Positions 1 to 11,659 of a stretch of 25,109 bases of DNA are shown here, piece after piece. The stretch covers positions 1-25,109 of the forward strand of contig NW_021836183.1 of NCBI RefSeq assembly GCF_006345805.1, read 5' to 3'. Made by a program: the position numbers and the translations under genes. Positions within the stretch are counted from its first letter, which is position 1; every line of letters begins with the position of its first letter. Below the pieces are notes generated by a model, which saw only the letters and a program-made list of their open reading frames with translations, was not told the origin of the DNA and ran no database searches. This stretch comes from Octopus sinensis. Lineage: Eukaryota.

Positions 1-308
1 CACCCGCACAAAGTTATATAAATACATGCTTGTACATAAGTAGCTCTGCTCTTATAAGTTATAACATTGTAACACCTAAAAATACAAAGAAGTGAAGAAG
101 TTTTGCAAAAGTTCTCAACAAATATGTAAATGAGTGCAGTAAGACATGTATGAAGATGGCAGTGTAAGTCTAAGATGAAGGATGGAAAATGGGGGGGAAA
201 CTGGGAAGATAGAGAATGGTGGTGTTGGCGTGGTTATGGTGGTGGAGTCGAAGGAAGGGAAGAATACGGATGAGAGAAAGAAAGTGGCTAAAACAATTAT
301 ATATACAC

Positions 309-310
<2 letters not shown>

Positions 311-348
<38 letters not shown>

Positions 349-363
349 TGTGTATGTCAATAT

Positions 364-399
<36 letters not shown>

Positions 400-680
400 A
401 ACACATATCCATGTGTGTGTACATGCATATATACACACATACATATATATATATGTAGACACAGATTTACTAATTGCATGTATATATGTATGTATGTTTA
501 TTTTTATATATATTACATCATATAATAAAGCTTAAATATACATACACATAAATATGTGTATGAGTGTGTGTGTGTGCGTATTTATATATATATATATGTG
601 TGTGCGTATATATATGTGTGTGTGTGTATATATATATATGTGTGTGTGTATGTATATATGTATATGTATATAAACATTTT
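311..680. repeat. Compound (TA)n/(TG)n/(CA)n microsatellite block
   Basis: Directly visible dinucleotide runs; the overlapping ORFs are YI/CV/HT repeats. Confidence 0.95.
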
Positions 681-908
681 AAGAAATATATCTGAAAGTA
701 GATGAGTAATTTAAATTTCATTTAATTTCGAATATTATGAAATTTTAAATGACATTAACAAGAAAAGATCACATAATGTTCAATGGATGAAAGATTAGGT
801 GGCATAGCAGGGAAGAAAATAGAGAAGGACAAAGCGAGACAGGGAGACAGTGTAGGAGGAATGGTAAAAGTGAGAGGGAGAAAGAGCAAGAGGGTAGATG
901 AGAAAGAG

Positions 909-913
<5 letters not shown>

Positions 914-974
<61 letters not shown>

Positions 975-975
975 T
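914..975. repeat. (GA)n microsatellite
   Basis: gagagagaga... run; explains the RE/SL ORFs. Confidence 0.97.
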
Positions 976-1061
976 GGAAGGAAAGACACTTCATGAAAAT
1001 ATGCAGAAAGAAATACCGAAGAAAAATTAAACAACAACCTCTATGAAATCAACAGAATTCT

Positions 1062-1075
1062 AATAATAATAATAA

Positions 1076-1120
<45 letters not shown>

Positions 1121-1140
1121 TAATAAATAATAATAATAAT
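1062..1140. repeat. (AAT)n microsatellite
   Basis: Long near-perfect aataataat run. Confidence 0.97.
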
Positions 1141-1163
1141 ATATTTAAAATTTCATAATTTTC

Positions 1164-1197
<34 letters not shown>

Positions 1198-1388
1198 TCA
1201 TATTCTAATTATTTATTTTAGGCAGAAAATATATATTGGAGATTTTCTTGTTAGAAAACTTTTGGAAAGGTTAAAAATTCCGTGATATATCATCACTCAA
1301 GATAATATTTTCCCATAACATTTAGATTTTTATGAAAATTAATATCAAACATATTTTTTAGCTCAAGGGAAGGCTGTTAGAAACATAC

Positions 1389-1391
<3 letters not shown>

Positions 1392-1468
<77 letters not shown>

Positions 1469-1504
1469 AATATCTATATATTATATATTATATATATATA
1501 TGTA

Positions 1505-1554
<50 letters not shown>

Positions 1555-1635
1555 GTATATGTATGTATGTATATATGTGTATGTATATATGTGTATATAT
1601 GTAGATGTATATATATGTATGTGTGTGTGTGTGTA
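1392..1635. repeat. (TA)n/(TG)n microsatellite block
   Basis: Direct. Confidence 0.95.
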
Positions 1636-1844
1636 AATATAAGTAAAAGAGAAATATGCAAAATACAACAAAAGCAAAAAGAAAACAAGAACAAAACAAA
1701 AATAAAATGCATATATATACATACACACACAAATAATTCAAAGTTTGACGAAAATTTTCGCTCTTAAAAAAATAAGAAATTTTAAAACTGTTTAACTAAA
1801 TTGAAATTGTTTGTCATCTTTAAATTTAAAATTTTTATGGATGT

Positions 1845-1894
1845 GTATATATATAATATACATACATACATATATACATAAACATGTGTATGTG

Positions 1895-1925
<31 letters not shown>

Positions 1926-1965
1926 ATACATATACATGTCGTGGTATATATATATATATATATAT

Positions 1966-2014
<49 letters not shown>

Positions 2015-2050
2015 GTATGTATGTATATATGTGTATATATATATATGCAT
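1845..2050. repeat. (TA)n-rich microsatellite block
   Basis: Direct. Confidence 0.93.
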
Positions 2051-2375
2051 ATAATTTCTTTTTTACATTTCATTTAAATTTCAATTTGTTTTCATATTTT
2101 TGTATCATATTTTTATTTTATTCCATTTTACTTACAAATTTTTATAAATTGAATCTTCTCAAAGAATCTTGCTTCAAACATGAATATTATATATTAGTTT
2201 TCAGTAGAATTGCCGCTACTGTTTTGGCATACTGGTAAATAGTAATGGCATGAAGCAAGAGAACATATAAATTTAATATCAAACATATAACTAATAAGAA
2301 TTTCAAATTGTAAAAACAATTCTTTAAGAACCCGAAACCTTCTTGCACTGAAATATGCATTCACCTATCATTAAA

Positions 2376-2473
2376 CACATACATATATATATATATAAAT
2401 GCCTGAATATAAAGATACATTTATATATATCTAGGTACATACATAAATACATACATACATACATACATACATA

Positions 2474-2512
<39 letters not shown>

Positions 2513-2879
2513 GTGTGTGTGTGTATATATATATATATGTGTGTGTGTATATATATATGTGTGTGTTTGTGTGTGTATATATATATGTGTGTGTGTGTAT
2601 ATGTATATATATATGTATGTGTGTATATATATATGTATGTATGTGTGTATATATATATGTATGTATGTGTGTATATATATATATATGTATATGTGTGTAT
2701 ATATATATGTATGTATGTGTGTATATATATATATGTATGTATGTGTGTGCATATATATATATATGCATGTATGTGTGTACATAGATATATGCATGTATGT
2801 GTATACATATATATATGCATGTGTATATATATGTATGTCTGTATATATATACATGTATGTGTATATATATATGTATGTG

Positions 2880-2928
<49 letters not shown>

Positions 2929-2980
2929 CTATATGAGTATATATATGTATCTGTGAGTGTGTGTATATATATATATATAT
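2376..2980. repeat. ~600-bp compound (TA)n/(TG)n/(TACA)n microsatellite
   Basis: Direct; the source of the 229-aa and 193-aa spurious ORFs. Confidence 0.95.
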
Positions 2981-3067
2981 CGTCAGTGGATCATGCATCC
3001 GAAAAAGAAGCACACTCTAAAGAATAGAGCAGTAATGTATTTACAAGCAGTGAAATATATATCTGGT

Positions 3068-3135
3068 CATCAAGTGATCAATAGTTTCGTATCCACAAAG
3101 CACTCGGCCTTATAGACGGCTCATCAGACTCAATG
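3068..3135 (-). ncRNA. Type-I hammerhead ribozyme motif (variant helix III)
   Basis: Minus strand: CATTGAGT-CTGATGA-GCCGTCTATAAGGC-CGAGT-GCTTTGTGGATAC-GAAAC-TATT-GATC-ACTTGATG. Stem I has 8 bp (2 G-U), both core boxes are intact, stem II is long. The cleavage triplet is AUC, with an extra A in helix III. Confidence 0.65.
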
Positions 3136-3182
3136 GCAGATGCACATCCCTCTTCAGAGTTTGAGGAAGGATGTACATCTGC

Positions 3183-3250
3183 CATTGAGTCTGATGAGCC
3201 ATCTATAAGGCCTAGTGCTTTGTGGATGTGAAACGATTGATGACTCTATG
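3183..3250 (+). ncRNA. Type-I hammerhead ribozyme motif (probably inactive: G at the cleavage position)
   Basis: CATTGAGT-CTGATGA(3191-3197)-stem II 3198-3211/3217-3229 (13 bp incl. G-U, 1 bulge)-GAAAC(3230-3234)-GATT-GATG-ACTCTATG. Confidence 0.6.
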
Positions 3251-3277
3251 ACCAGACATAGTCTTAACTACTTATAG

Positions 3278-3288
<11 letters not shown>

Positions 3289-3333
<45 letters not shown>

Positions 3334-3340
3334 ACACATA
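3289..3340. repeat. (AC)n microsatellite
   Basis: Direct. Confidence 0.97.
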
Positions 3341-3551
3341 TTTACAAGAGAATCAATAAAAGACCTTAAACAACTTTGGCCGATTTTGTGTGGTGACTGA
3401 AGGAAGATAAATTTAAGTGCATTTGGTCCATAGTAGGGTATGCAAAACCATACAGTATCATTTGCAGGAGATGCCTAGTCTGCTCCAAGGAATCCCTGTC
3501 TATGCTGTGGACCAACGAGAAGATTATTAATAGAATTTCTAAAAAAACTCT

Positions 3552-3787
3552 CCAGATGTCTTTAAAATGAAACTGGATCTCTTCCTGTCAGGTGTCCCAG
3601 ATGAACCAACTTCATGGCAGGAGGTGCAGATGAGGGCAGCTGCATCGAACTCTCTCATGCACCAAATGGCAATTGCTAAAAAGCATCCGTGAAGTAAAAT
3701 CATGTAGCAACAACAAATGGCGGTGCCCCAGCATGGCCACAGCTCGTGAGCTGAAACTTGATAAAATAAAAAAAAATAAATAAAAAA
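3552..3787 (+). mobile_element. 5'-truncated LINE 3' end (CR1/L2 group): ORF2 C-terminus, 3' UTR and A-rich tail
   Basis: 3552-3692 reads PDVFKMKLDLFLSGVPDEPTSWQEVQMRAAASNSLMHQMAIAKKHP*, matching the FKxxLDxFLxxVPDxP...RAAxSNSL C-terminal motif of invertebrate CR1-group ORF2. It is followed by a 3' stem-loop (3740-3753) and an A-rich tail. Confidence 0.8.
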
Positions 3788-4104
3788 TGCCTACATGCAT
3801 ATAAGTGGGAATGAAGATCTCAACATCCCACATTTCAGTGGGAATGAATTTGAATAACTGTTAACGTACTTTACTTTAAGGTATGAATGAATTAAGTTTA
3901 GCTTTAACCTCTCCATTCTTAAAAACACCAAGTAGCTATTTAGCTCGCTTTGTGATTGTGAGTGCATCAAACCACAAGTTGAAAACACACAAACAAATAT
4001 CAAAAGAAAGATCAAAGGTCATCCCAAGCCATAGGCTTATAAAGTCAGTTTCCCAGATTCTGTGGCATATCCAACACTCCTGGACAGAACACCACTCCAC
4101 TGCA

Positions 4105-4170
4105 GGATAACTCATTTTTGCCAGCTGAGTGATCTGGAGCAATAAAGTGCTTTGCTCAAGAACAACCAGG
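4105..4170 (-). mobile_element. Short decayed CORE-like SINE fragment
   Basis: ctcatttttgccagctgagtgatctggagcaataaagtgctttgctcaagaacaac resembles the CORE box (aagtgncttgcncaagg) also present in the family-B SINE heads of this window. Confidence 0.45.
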
Positions 4171-4226
4171 ACCTCCATAAACAAACAAACACATGCACAT
4201 ACACACATGCATGTACACACACACAT

Positions 4227-4275
<49 letters not shown>

Positions 4276-4654
4276 ACAGTTATGCATACAAATTATTGGC
4301 ACTCCTTGTCAAAAATGGGTTTTTATTAAATTTGTTTTTAAAATGAGATGTGTACAAAAGTGCTCTTATGTCACAATAATGTGAACAACTAAAGCATAAA
4401 TTTTGCCAAAAGAGGACGTCTGGTGATGTTTGGTAATCTCAGCTGATAAATCTTTCAAGCACGGTTCAAAATTATTTGATTATTGCATTGCAAAAAACAC
4501 TGATTTGGACTACAATATAAGAATACATGTTGATTAATAGACATTACATCATCCTGAGAAAGTTGTAAACTGCAGGAACTTCTAAGGCCATGAGACATCA
4601 CTTACACAATGTTTTTGCAACCAGCTTTTGGTCAACAAACCTATCTGCAATGTC

Positions 4655-5890
4655 ATGGTGAGGGTGCTGGAGCACAGTTCTGGCTCAAGGAAAAAGATTG
4701 TTGATGCTCACACTGCTGGAGATGGTTATTATATAATATCTAAGAATTTCAATTTAAAGGCAGCGAGCTGGCAGAACTGTTAGCACGCCGGGTGAAATGC
4801 GTAGCCGTATTTCGTCTGCCGCTACGTTCTGAGTTCAAATTCCGCCGAGGTCGACTTTGCCTTTCATCCTTTCAGGGTCGATAAATTAAGTACCAGTTAA
4901 GCACTGGGGTCGATGTAATGGTCTTAATCCGTTTGTCTGTCTTTGTTTGTCCCCTCTATGTTTAGCCCTTTGTGGGTAATAAAGAAACAAATATCTAAGA
5001 ATTTCAATATTGCTCAGTCAACTGTTTGCAACATAATCATGAAATATTTGTTGGAGACCAAGAGTTGGTACCGCAGAAAATAAACAAACACTTTTCAGAA
5101 TGAGATGAGTGAATGTTAATTAAAACAGTCAACAATGATCCTAAGATAATGACTGCAGTGATGAAAGTCAAATTGACAGCTATCAGAGTTCATACTTCAA
5201 GGTCAACGATTACTCAAACTTTCAATAGAGGTGGTTTGAAGGCATCCCTGGAATACACTATTGTTGAAGAAGCACTTAACTTTATTTGAATTTTACGTGG
5301 TTTTTTCTGAAGAAGGAAGAATGTTTTTGGCACTCAGTTCTATGGTCTAACGAAACCAATCTTGAGTTAGGTCTCAATGGTAGGACTAGCATTTGGAGTA
5401 AAAGAAGAGAAGCCGACAATCCAAAGAATACCATCAAACATGACAGAGGCTGCATAATACTGCAGACCTATTTTTCTGCTAAAGGCTGTGGAAAATGAAC
5501 TTAAATTGAAGGAACGATAACAAAATAGAACTGTGTTGGTGTTTTGGATGTAAACCTGAAGTTATCGGTGAAGCATCTGGGATCAGCACACTGTGGAACC
5601 TTTATGATCCCAAGCATACCTCATGTTTAATCCAAAATTGGTTAAAAGAAAACAAGATAGAGGTACTCCCATGGCTGGTTCAAAGTCCTGACTTAAACCC
5701 AATAGAAAATTTATTATGGGAGCTAGAGAAAAGAGTGAAAGCAAGAGGGCCATCTAACTTGAAGAATATGTAATTGAAGCTGAAAGAATATGTAATTGAA
5801 GAATGGACTAAAATTCCTTTTGATCTGTGCCCGAGGATAATTGGAAATTGCCCTCACAGATAGCAGGAAGTTATTAAGCATAAAGGATAA
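4655..5890 (+). pseudogene. Tc1 transposase pseudogene (stops, frameshifts, SINE insertion)
   Basis: HTH, WSDE-like (here WSNE), DPKH and SPDLNPIE motifs occur in order across broken frames. Confidence 0.9.
4754..4989 (+). mobile_element. tRNA-derived SINE, family A, inserted into the Tc1
   Basis: A-box-like tggcagaactg, B-box gagttcaaattcc, tail ...tttagccctttgtgggtaataaagaaac. 19-bp TSD aatatctaagaatttcaat at 4735-4753 and 4990-5008. Near-identical copies at 22279 and 24420. Confidence 0.95.
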
Positions 5891-6284
5891 TACACTATTG
5901 ATTGTTCATCATCGAATGTTGTAGAGGTGCCAATAATTTTGTGCATGACACTATATATGTGTGTGTGTGTGTGATAAAAAAACTGGAGCTTCTAACATGA
6001 AGGACACTTCATTTTAGAAGGTCGGAGGAAGCTGTAAGTTGATGCACAAGCACTCAACTCTGGGTGCCTGTATTTCATAGCAGAAACAGCTCTAAGCTAA
6101 TGATGCTCATTTCATAATTTCCTGTGCCTTTGTCATTTATTTATTCAATTCTATAGTTACACTCTGTACTCAACTAATACTTTATTCTGAAGAATATGTA
6201 TATTGCGTTCTGATGTCACATTATTAGTATCGCTTTACCTAAGTGAAATATTAACACACACATGCACAACAGGAGTTCATACAC

Positions 6285-6425
6285 TGTCTACCAGATTCAG
6301 TCACAAAGTATTAGTCAACCCAGAGATACAGTAGAAGACATTTGTCCAAAGTGTCACATAATAGTACTGAATATAAAAGCTATCTAGTTGTGAAAAGATT
6401 TTCTTTACCATACACCCATGCTTGT
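6285..6425 (-). mobile_element. Old decayed SINE family B head fragment
   Basis: Colinear with 14840-14982 (gtctacca...cacaa...tagaagaca.ttg.ccaa.gtg.cac...cttacca.ac). Confidence 0.7.
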
Positions 6426-6467
6426 ATGCATACATATACACATACATACATACATATATATATATAT

Positions 6468-6500
<33 letters not shown>

Positions 6501-6520
6501 GCACACATATACACACACAT

Positions 6521-6551
<31 letters not shown>

Positions 6552-6577
6552 CATATACACATACACACATACATACA

Positions 6578-6613
<36 letters not shown>

Positions 6614-6720
6614 TATATATACACACACAGACATACACATGCACACACACACACACACACACATATATATACACATATATATATACACACATACACACAC
6701 ACATATATATATATATATAT
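6426..6720. repeat. (CA)n/(TA)n/(TACA)n microsatellite block
   Basis: Direct. Confidence 0.95.
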
Positions 6721-7224
6721 CATGTTGCTAACTATATGAAACAAAGTATTTTCTAAAAATTCAATAATTGTGCATTTGATGACTTCTTGAAAGACTTGTC
6801 CAATTATATTTAATAGAAACCCATAATGGTGTTCTTTGTGTGTCCATAATTTTTTGTTTTATTTCATAAAAATCTTTGTGTGTAATATAAACAATAATAA
6901 AAACAATAATGAACAATAATAACAAAAATATAAAATAGATCGGAACGGTTTCCGAATGGTATATATTTAGAAAAAAAAAAAAAAAAACAGCTGTGTTTGA
7001 TTGTTATTTGATATTTTTCCATTACAAACCTATTTCTGGAATGATTTGAGCTAAATTAGAAAAAAAAAAACGCAACAAAATACCAAAACAAAACAAAAAA
7101 GCTAAAGAAGAAGCAAAAAAAAGCACAATAAATAAAAGAAGTATAAAAATGTGCAAGGAGGGAATAAAAGAGAAAAAAATTTCATGAAAAATAAAGTAGC
7201 CATGATGGTTAATAGTATCAAAAT

Positions 7225-7930
7225 AATAGCAACAACAATAACAGTTACAACAACAACAAAGATATCAAAATAATGGTGTTGATGATGAGGATGATGATAA
7301 TGATGGGGTAATTATTATTATTATTATTATTATTATTATCATTATTATTATTATTATTATTATTATTGTTATTATTATTATTATTATTTTTATTATCAAG
7401 AAGAAGAAGGAGGAGGAGAAGGAGAAGAAAATGAAGAAGACGAAGAAGAAGAGTATTAATAATCATTTTGTTATTTGCCACAAGAGTAACAGAAGTAACA
7501 AAGACAAAGAATAAAAAAAAAAATACAAATATAAAAAAAAAGAAAGAATAACAAGAAAAACAAACAAATGAAATGATGATGAGGATGATGATGATGATGA
7601 TGTTGGTGATGATGTGGTGAAGATAACTATAATATAATAATGATTACTGTCTCTTTTTTTTATTTTTTAAATAACAACGGTGATGATGATGATGATGTGG
7701 TGGTAACGGAGTCAGAGATGATGATGATGATGATAATAATAATAATAATAATAATAATAATTTCATCATTTCCCAGAAGGGAAACAAAAAAAAATAAATA
7801 CAAATGTTACAAATAAAGAGAGCAACAACAATGATGATGATGACGACAACGACAAGGATGGTAGTGGTGGTAATAATAACAATAATAATAATGATAATAA
7901 TAATAATAATGATAATGATAATAATAATCT
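7225..7930. repeat. Trinucleotide low-complexity region (AAT/ATT/GAT/GAA/AAC)
   Basis: Direct; gives poly-N/I/L/D ORFs. Confidence 0.85.
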
Positions 7931-8449
7931 TTTGACCTGGCACAAAGGCCCAATAACAACAGTAACAGCAACCACAAACAAGGACAACGACAAAATTAGC
8001 AGCAACAGCCATACCTGATCAATACATATGGAAAAAAAAACTACAAAAAACACACCAAAAAAAAAAAGAAAACCCCACAAAGAACCGAAACCAACAAAAT
8101 TAAATAAAAATGGCTGTAAAATAAAACTACAAATATCAAGCTCGTATTTATTTATTTATTTTTTTTTTTTCAAAGAATTGCATTGGTGAGTCTGAACCAA
8201 TTTTGGAATCAGAAACAGTTTTCAGATCTTTGGTAGCTTCATGAAAGATCTCTCATGTTATTCATTAAATGCTAAAATGAATATCGGTAATAACATATTT
8301 AGTTTTGTTTTGTTTTGTTTGCGTTTTTTTGTAATTTTTGTTGTTGTTGTTGTTGTTGTTTGTGGTTTTATATTTTTCATTCATTTATTCATTCCATTCC
8401 CTATTGCCAAGACCAAAAAAGAGTGTATATACATCTCTGGTTACTACCC

Positions 8450-8550
8450 CATCTCTCTCTCTTTCTCTCTTTCTCTGTCTGTCTGTCTGTCTGTCTGTGT
8501 CTCTTTCTCTTTTTTCTCTCTTTCCCTCTCTCTCTCTTTCTCTCCCTCTC

Positions 8551-8581
<31 letters not shown>

Positions 8582-8599
8582 TCTCTCTCCTCTCTCTCT

Positions 8600-8638
<39 letters not shown>

Positions 8639-9000
8639 ATTTGTGTGTGTCTGTATATACATGCACACACACATACATTCATGCACAAATATTCAAATAC
8701 TGATGTGCACATGTATATATATGTGTGTATGTATCTCTCTCTCTATATATATATATACATACATACAAACATATATATTATATATGCATACACATACATA
8801 CATGAGTACACTCACACACACATATATATATATACATACATACATGCATGTATATATATATATATATATATTTATATACATGCATATATATGCATACATG
8901 TATATATGTCTAGAAAGAGACATACACCTCACACATACTCATACACACACATACTTTTGTTCATGTGTGTATATATGTGTGTATCATACACATTTATATA
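8450..9000. repeat. (CT)n block followed by a (TA)n/(CA)n block
   Basis: Direct; the source of the 268-aa and 284-aa spurious ORFs. Confidence 0.93.
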
Positions 9001-9514
9001 TAAAACTTGCACAGTCAGTTATCTCCTCTCCCCTCCCTCTAATGTAGCATTGGTCACCCCTCAACCTTGTAAAATTTCTACAGTAGCCACCTACTCTTCC
9101 CTACTTATCATTCTTCAACACTTGCTCTTCTTCATTATATTCCCCCTCTTACCAACTCCCTACCTCTAGCCATCCCTCACTCTTGCAAACACTACACCCC
9201 CATATGAGCTGTGCTCCTATACTCACTCACTTCTATTCACCTCTGAAACCTCTACTTGGCCACACTTCCTCTTCTCCTGTCCATGCACATTTCTATTCAC
9301 TTCAGATCTTGAGTGTACACCTCAACACCTCATCATTGCTATTTTTATTTCTTTCCAGCTCCATCTAAGTCACTCCTACCCCTTCTTCTAAATTGGGAAT
9401 AGCTGCAAAGATCCTCAACAGCAAGAAGCCTGTTCTGTTCTCCCCGCTCCCTCTCTCACTTTAACTCTCTCCTGATTACAGCAACACTCAGCCTAAAGAG
9501 AATCCTAATTGTGC

Positions 9515-9672
9515 AGGCTGCATAGCAACCTCACTAGTGCTGGCAATATGAAAAGAAAAGGCTTCTAGTACATACTGTAAAGTGATTGACATTAGGAAGG
9601 TAATCTAATCATAGAAACCATGCCAAAGCAGACATTGGAGTTCAATGCAGTCTTTGGACCTGTTGAATCCTA
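9515..9672 (+). mobile_element. Decayed SINE fragment, family C
   Basis: agtgctggca...aaaag...agtacatactgtaaagtgattgacattaggaaggg...tagaaaccatgccaaagcagaca, homologous to 17955-18155. Confidence 0.65.
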
Positions 9673-10039
9673 GTTTTTTTTTTTGGGGGGGGGGCGGTAT
9701 TGTATACTTTCCATAATTTAAAGAATGTATTTATGAGAGTAGAATAAATCAGGAGATTTAATTTAACTCTATAACATCATAAATTATATAATCCTTACAT
9801 GTGTTTTACTAGTGTGTTCTACAATGTTGTGTGATAATTGTTACATAGAGGAGTGCATAATCACTTTAAACACCAGATCTTCAGAAGAAATGAGCAAAAT
9901 AGTAATTTAATCCATTGTTATTTACCAAGTGATGCAAGTGAAATATGTGTAAAGAGTATGTAATTTATGATGCTATAATGAAGTATTTAACTAAATCTCT
10001 TCTTTCATTCATACATACATACACACATACATAAATGCA

Positions 10040-10690
10040 TAAAGGGAAACCATTGGGCTGGTGGATTTTCAAGATATATCCCCCACCCCAGATCATCACA
10101 GATCCTCCTCCATGCTTATCAGTTGGAAGAGGGCAGTCTGGGTCAAATGCATCTTTTGGCTGTCTCTACACGTATACTCAGCCGGTGGTTGGAAATAAAG
10201 TAAAGGATAACTCATCCAAGAAAATAACATTCTTCCACTGCTCTAGGGACCAGTTCTCTAGGTTTTTACTCCCCTCTGAACGTTCTGCAACATTTGTTTT
10301 TAAAAGTAGTGGTTTTCTGATTGCAGCCCTCCCATGAAATCCAGCTTTGTGTAGCTCCCAGTGAACAGTTTTTGTGGAAACTGGGTTCTCAAGGTGGTCG
10401 TTAAGCTTTGCAGTAATTTTGGGAGCTGTACTTTTGTGATTCTTTCTAACAATTTGCATAAGAGTCTGAAAGTTTTGGTTTTCATCTGAAAGTTTTGGTT
10501 TTCATCCAGAGTTTTGTTTCGACGAGGAGGTTTTTCCCTCTTTGTCAAAGATTGTCATTACTTTTGAGACAGTACTTCTTGATACATCAAACATTTCGGC
10601 TGTTTTCGTTATGCTAGTGCTTGCCATACAAGCACCAACAATTTGACCTCTTTGAAAGTCTGATCTGCTACTTATCTATATAAAAAGTTT
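10040..10690 (-). mobile_element. Truncated Tc1-like transposon (5' half of the transposase)
   Basis: Minus strand: DFQRGQIVGACMASTSITKTAEMFDVSRSTVSKV (HTH); VRKNHKSTAPKITAKLNDHLENPVSTKTVHWELHKAGFHGRAAIRKPLL...WKNVIFLDELSF; KHGGGSVMIWG. No TIRs found. Confidence 0.9.
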
Positions 10691-11239
10691 TGTGTTTTTA
10701 AACTCAGTGCATCCATGAGAGATATTATTCCCTGAAAAATAGCACAAAAAATCTGTTTTTCAAGCTGTATTTGCATTATGTATGATACACAGATGACTAC
10801 TTTAATCTGATAGTGCTTCAGTTGCATATAACAAAAAAAAAAACAAGATAAAACAAAAAAGACACACCTCTAAGTGAAACAACAACCATAATGGTAGCTG
10901 ATATTGGAAGCAGTTGTTTAACCATCCATTGTGAATTGTTCTTTAATCAAAGCCATTCCAGTTGTGATCATCCTGTCTTTCTTTTTCCAGATATAATGCA
11001 TCTAGGACTCTATTGTCAAATGTATATTTTACATTTTCTTTTTTTTTTAGAGGTCAGAGCATTATTTAAGTGAGAATTCTTAGGCTCACACCATCTTCTT
11101 TATTTTCTTATTTTTCCTGATCCCTAGGTCTTATGATATCAGTTATGTGGCTTCCATGGTACATAAGTGGCTGAGATCACAAAATTCCTTCTGATAGGAT
11201 GTTAGTCCATTTCAGAGTACAAAGCCAAGAATTTTCCAG

Positions 11240-11420
11240 AGGAAGGGGCAAGTTGATTACATTGACTCTAGTACTTGACTGGTACTTTATTTTATTGACC
11301 CTGAGTGGATGAAAGACAAAGATGACCTCCGTGGGATTGAACTCAGGGTATAAGAAGCTAGAAATAACGCCATTAAACATTTTGTCCAAAGTGCGAATGA
11401 GCTTGCCAACTTACTGCCTT
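11240..11420 (-). mobile_element. Old decayed SINE family A-related copy
   Basis: ctggtactttatttt.attgacc...gatgaaagacaaagatgacc...ggattgaactcag...gcttgccaacttactgcc is colinear with the 22279-22512 copy. Confidence 0.75.
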
Positions 11421-11659
11421 TGTCTTCTTTGTTAAGAAGTCATAGTGAATAGAAATTAGTTTTGCAAGTGAATCATGAAGATGAAATCATTAGTAATAAA
11501 ACAACCCTAAAAATCACATTTTGATAACAATATATTAAGATTGGAATTTATAAGAACTTTCTAGACAATGTTGATTTTAATAATTGCTTTCTTTTAGTAA
11601 ACGTTATGCACTCCAATAAGCATTTTCTTTATTACAGTATAGAAGACAAACATCTTACA

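Larger units (their letters stand above)
2981..3260 (-). mobile_element. Penelope-like (PLE) pseudo-LTR remnant with an inverted partial copy
   Basis: 92-bp inverted arms 3058-3149 and 3169-3260 (about 10 mismatches) with a 19-nt loop, each carrying an HHR motif. The minus-strand copy continues through a pyrimidine-rich tail (2981-3057) into (TA)n. The PLE assignment is inferred from the HHR plus inverted-pLTR architecture. Confidence 0.6.
4277..5953 (+). mobile_element. Full-length decayed Tc1 (DD34E) DNA transposon with TIRs
   Basis: ~29-bp imperfect TIRs at 4277-4305 (cagttatgcatacaaattattggcactcc) and 5925-5953 (rc tagtgtcatgcacaaaattattggcacct), with TA at 5954-5955. Transposase remnants: MVRVLEHSSGSRKKIVDAHTAGDGYYIISKNFNIAQSTVCNII (HTH, from 4655), FWHSVLWSNET, DPKHTS...WLVQSPDLNPIENLLWELEKRV. 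Confidence 0.93.

Noticed and set aside
3804-3848. 12-bp direct repeat agtgggaatgaa with a small hairpin between the copies
   Set aside because: Too short to assign as a TSD or element.
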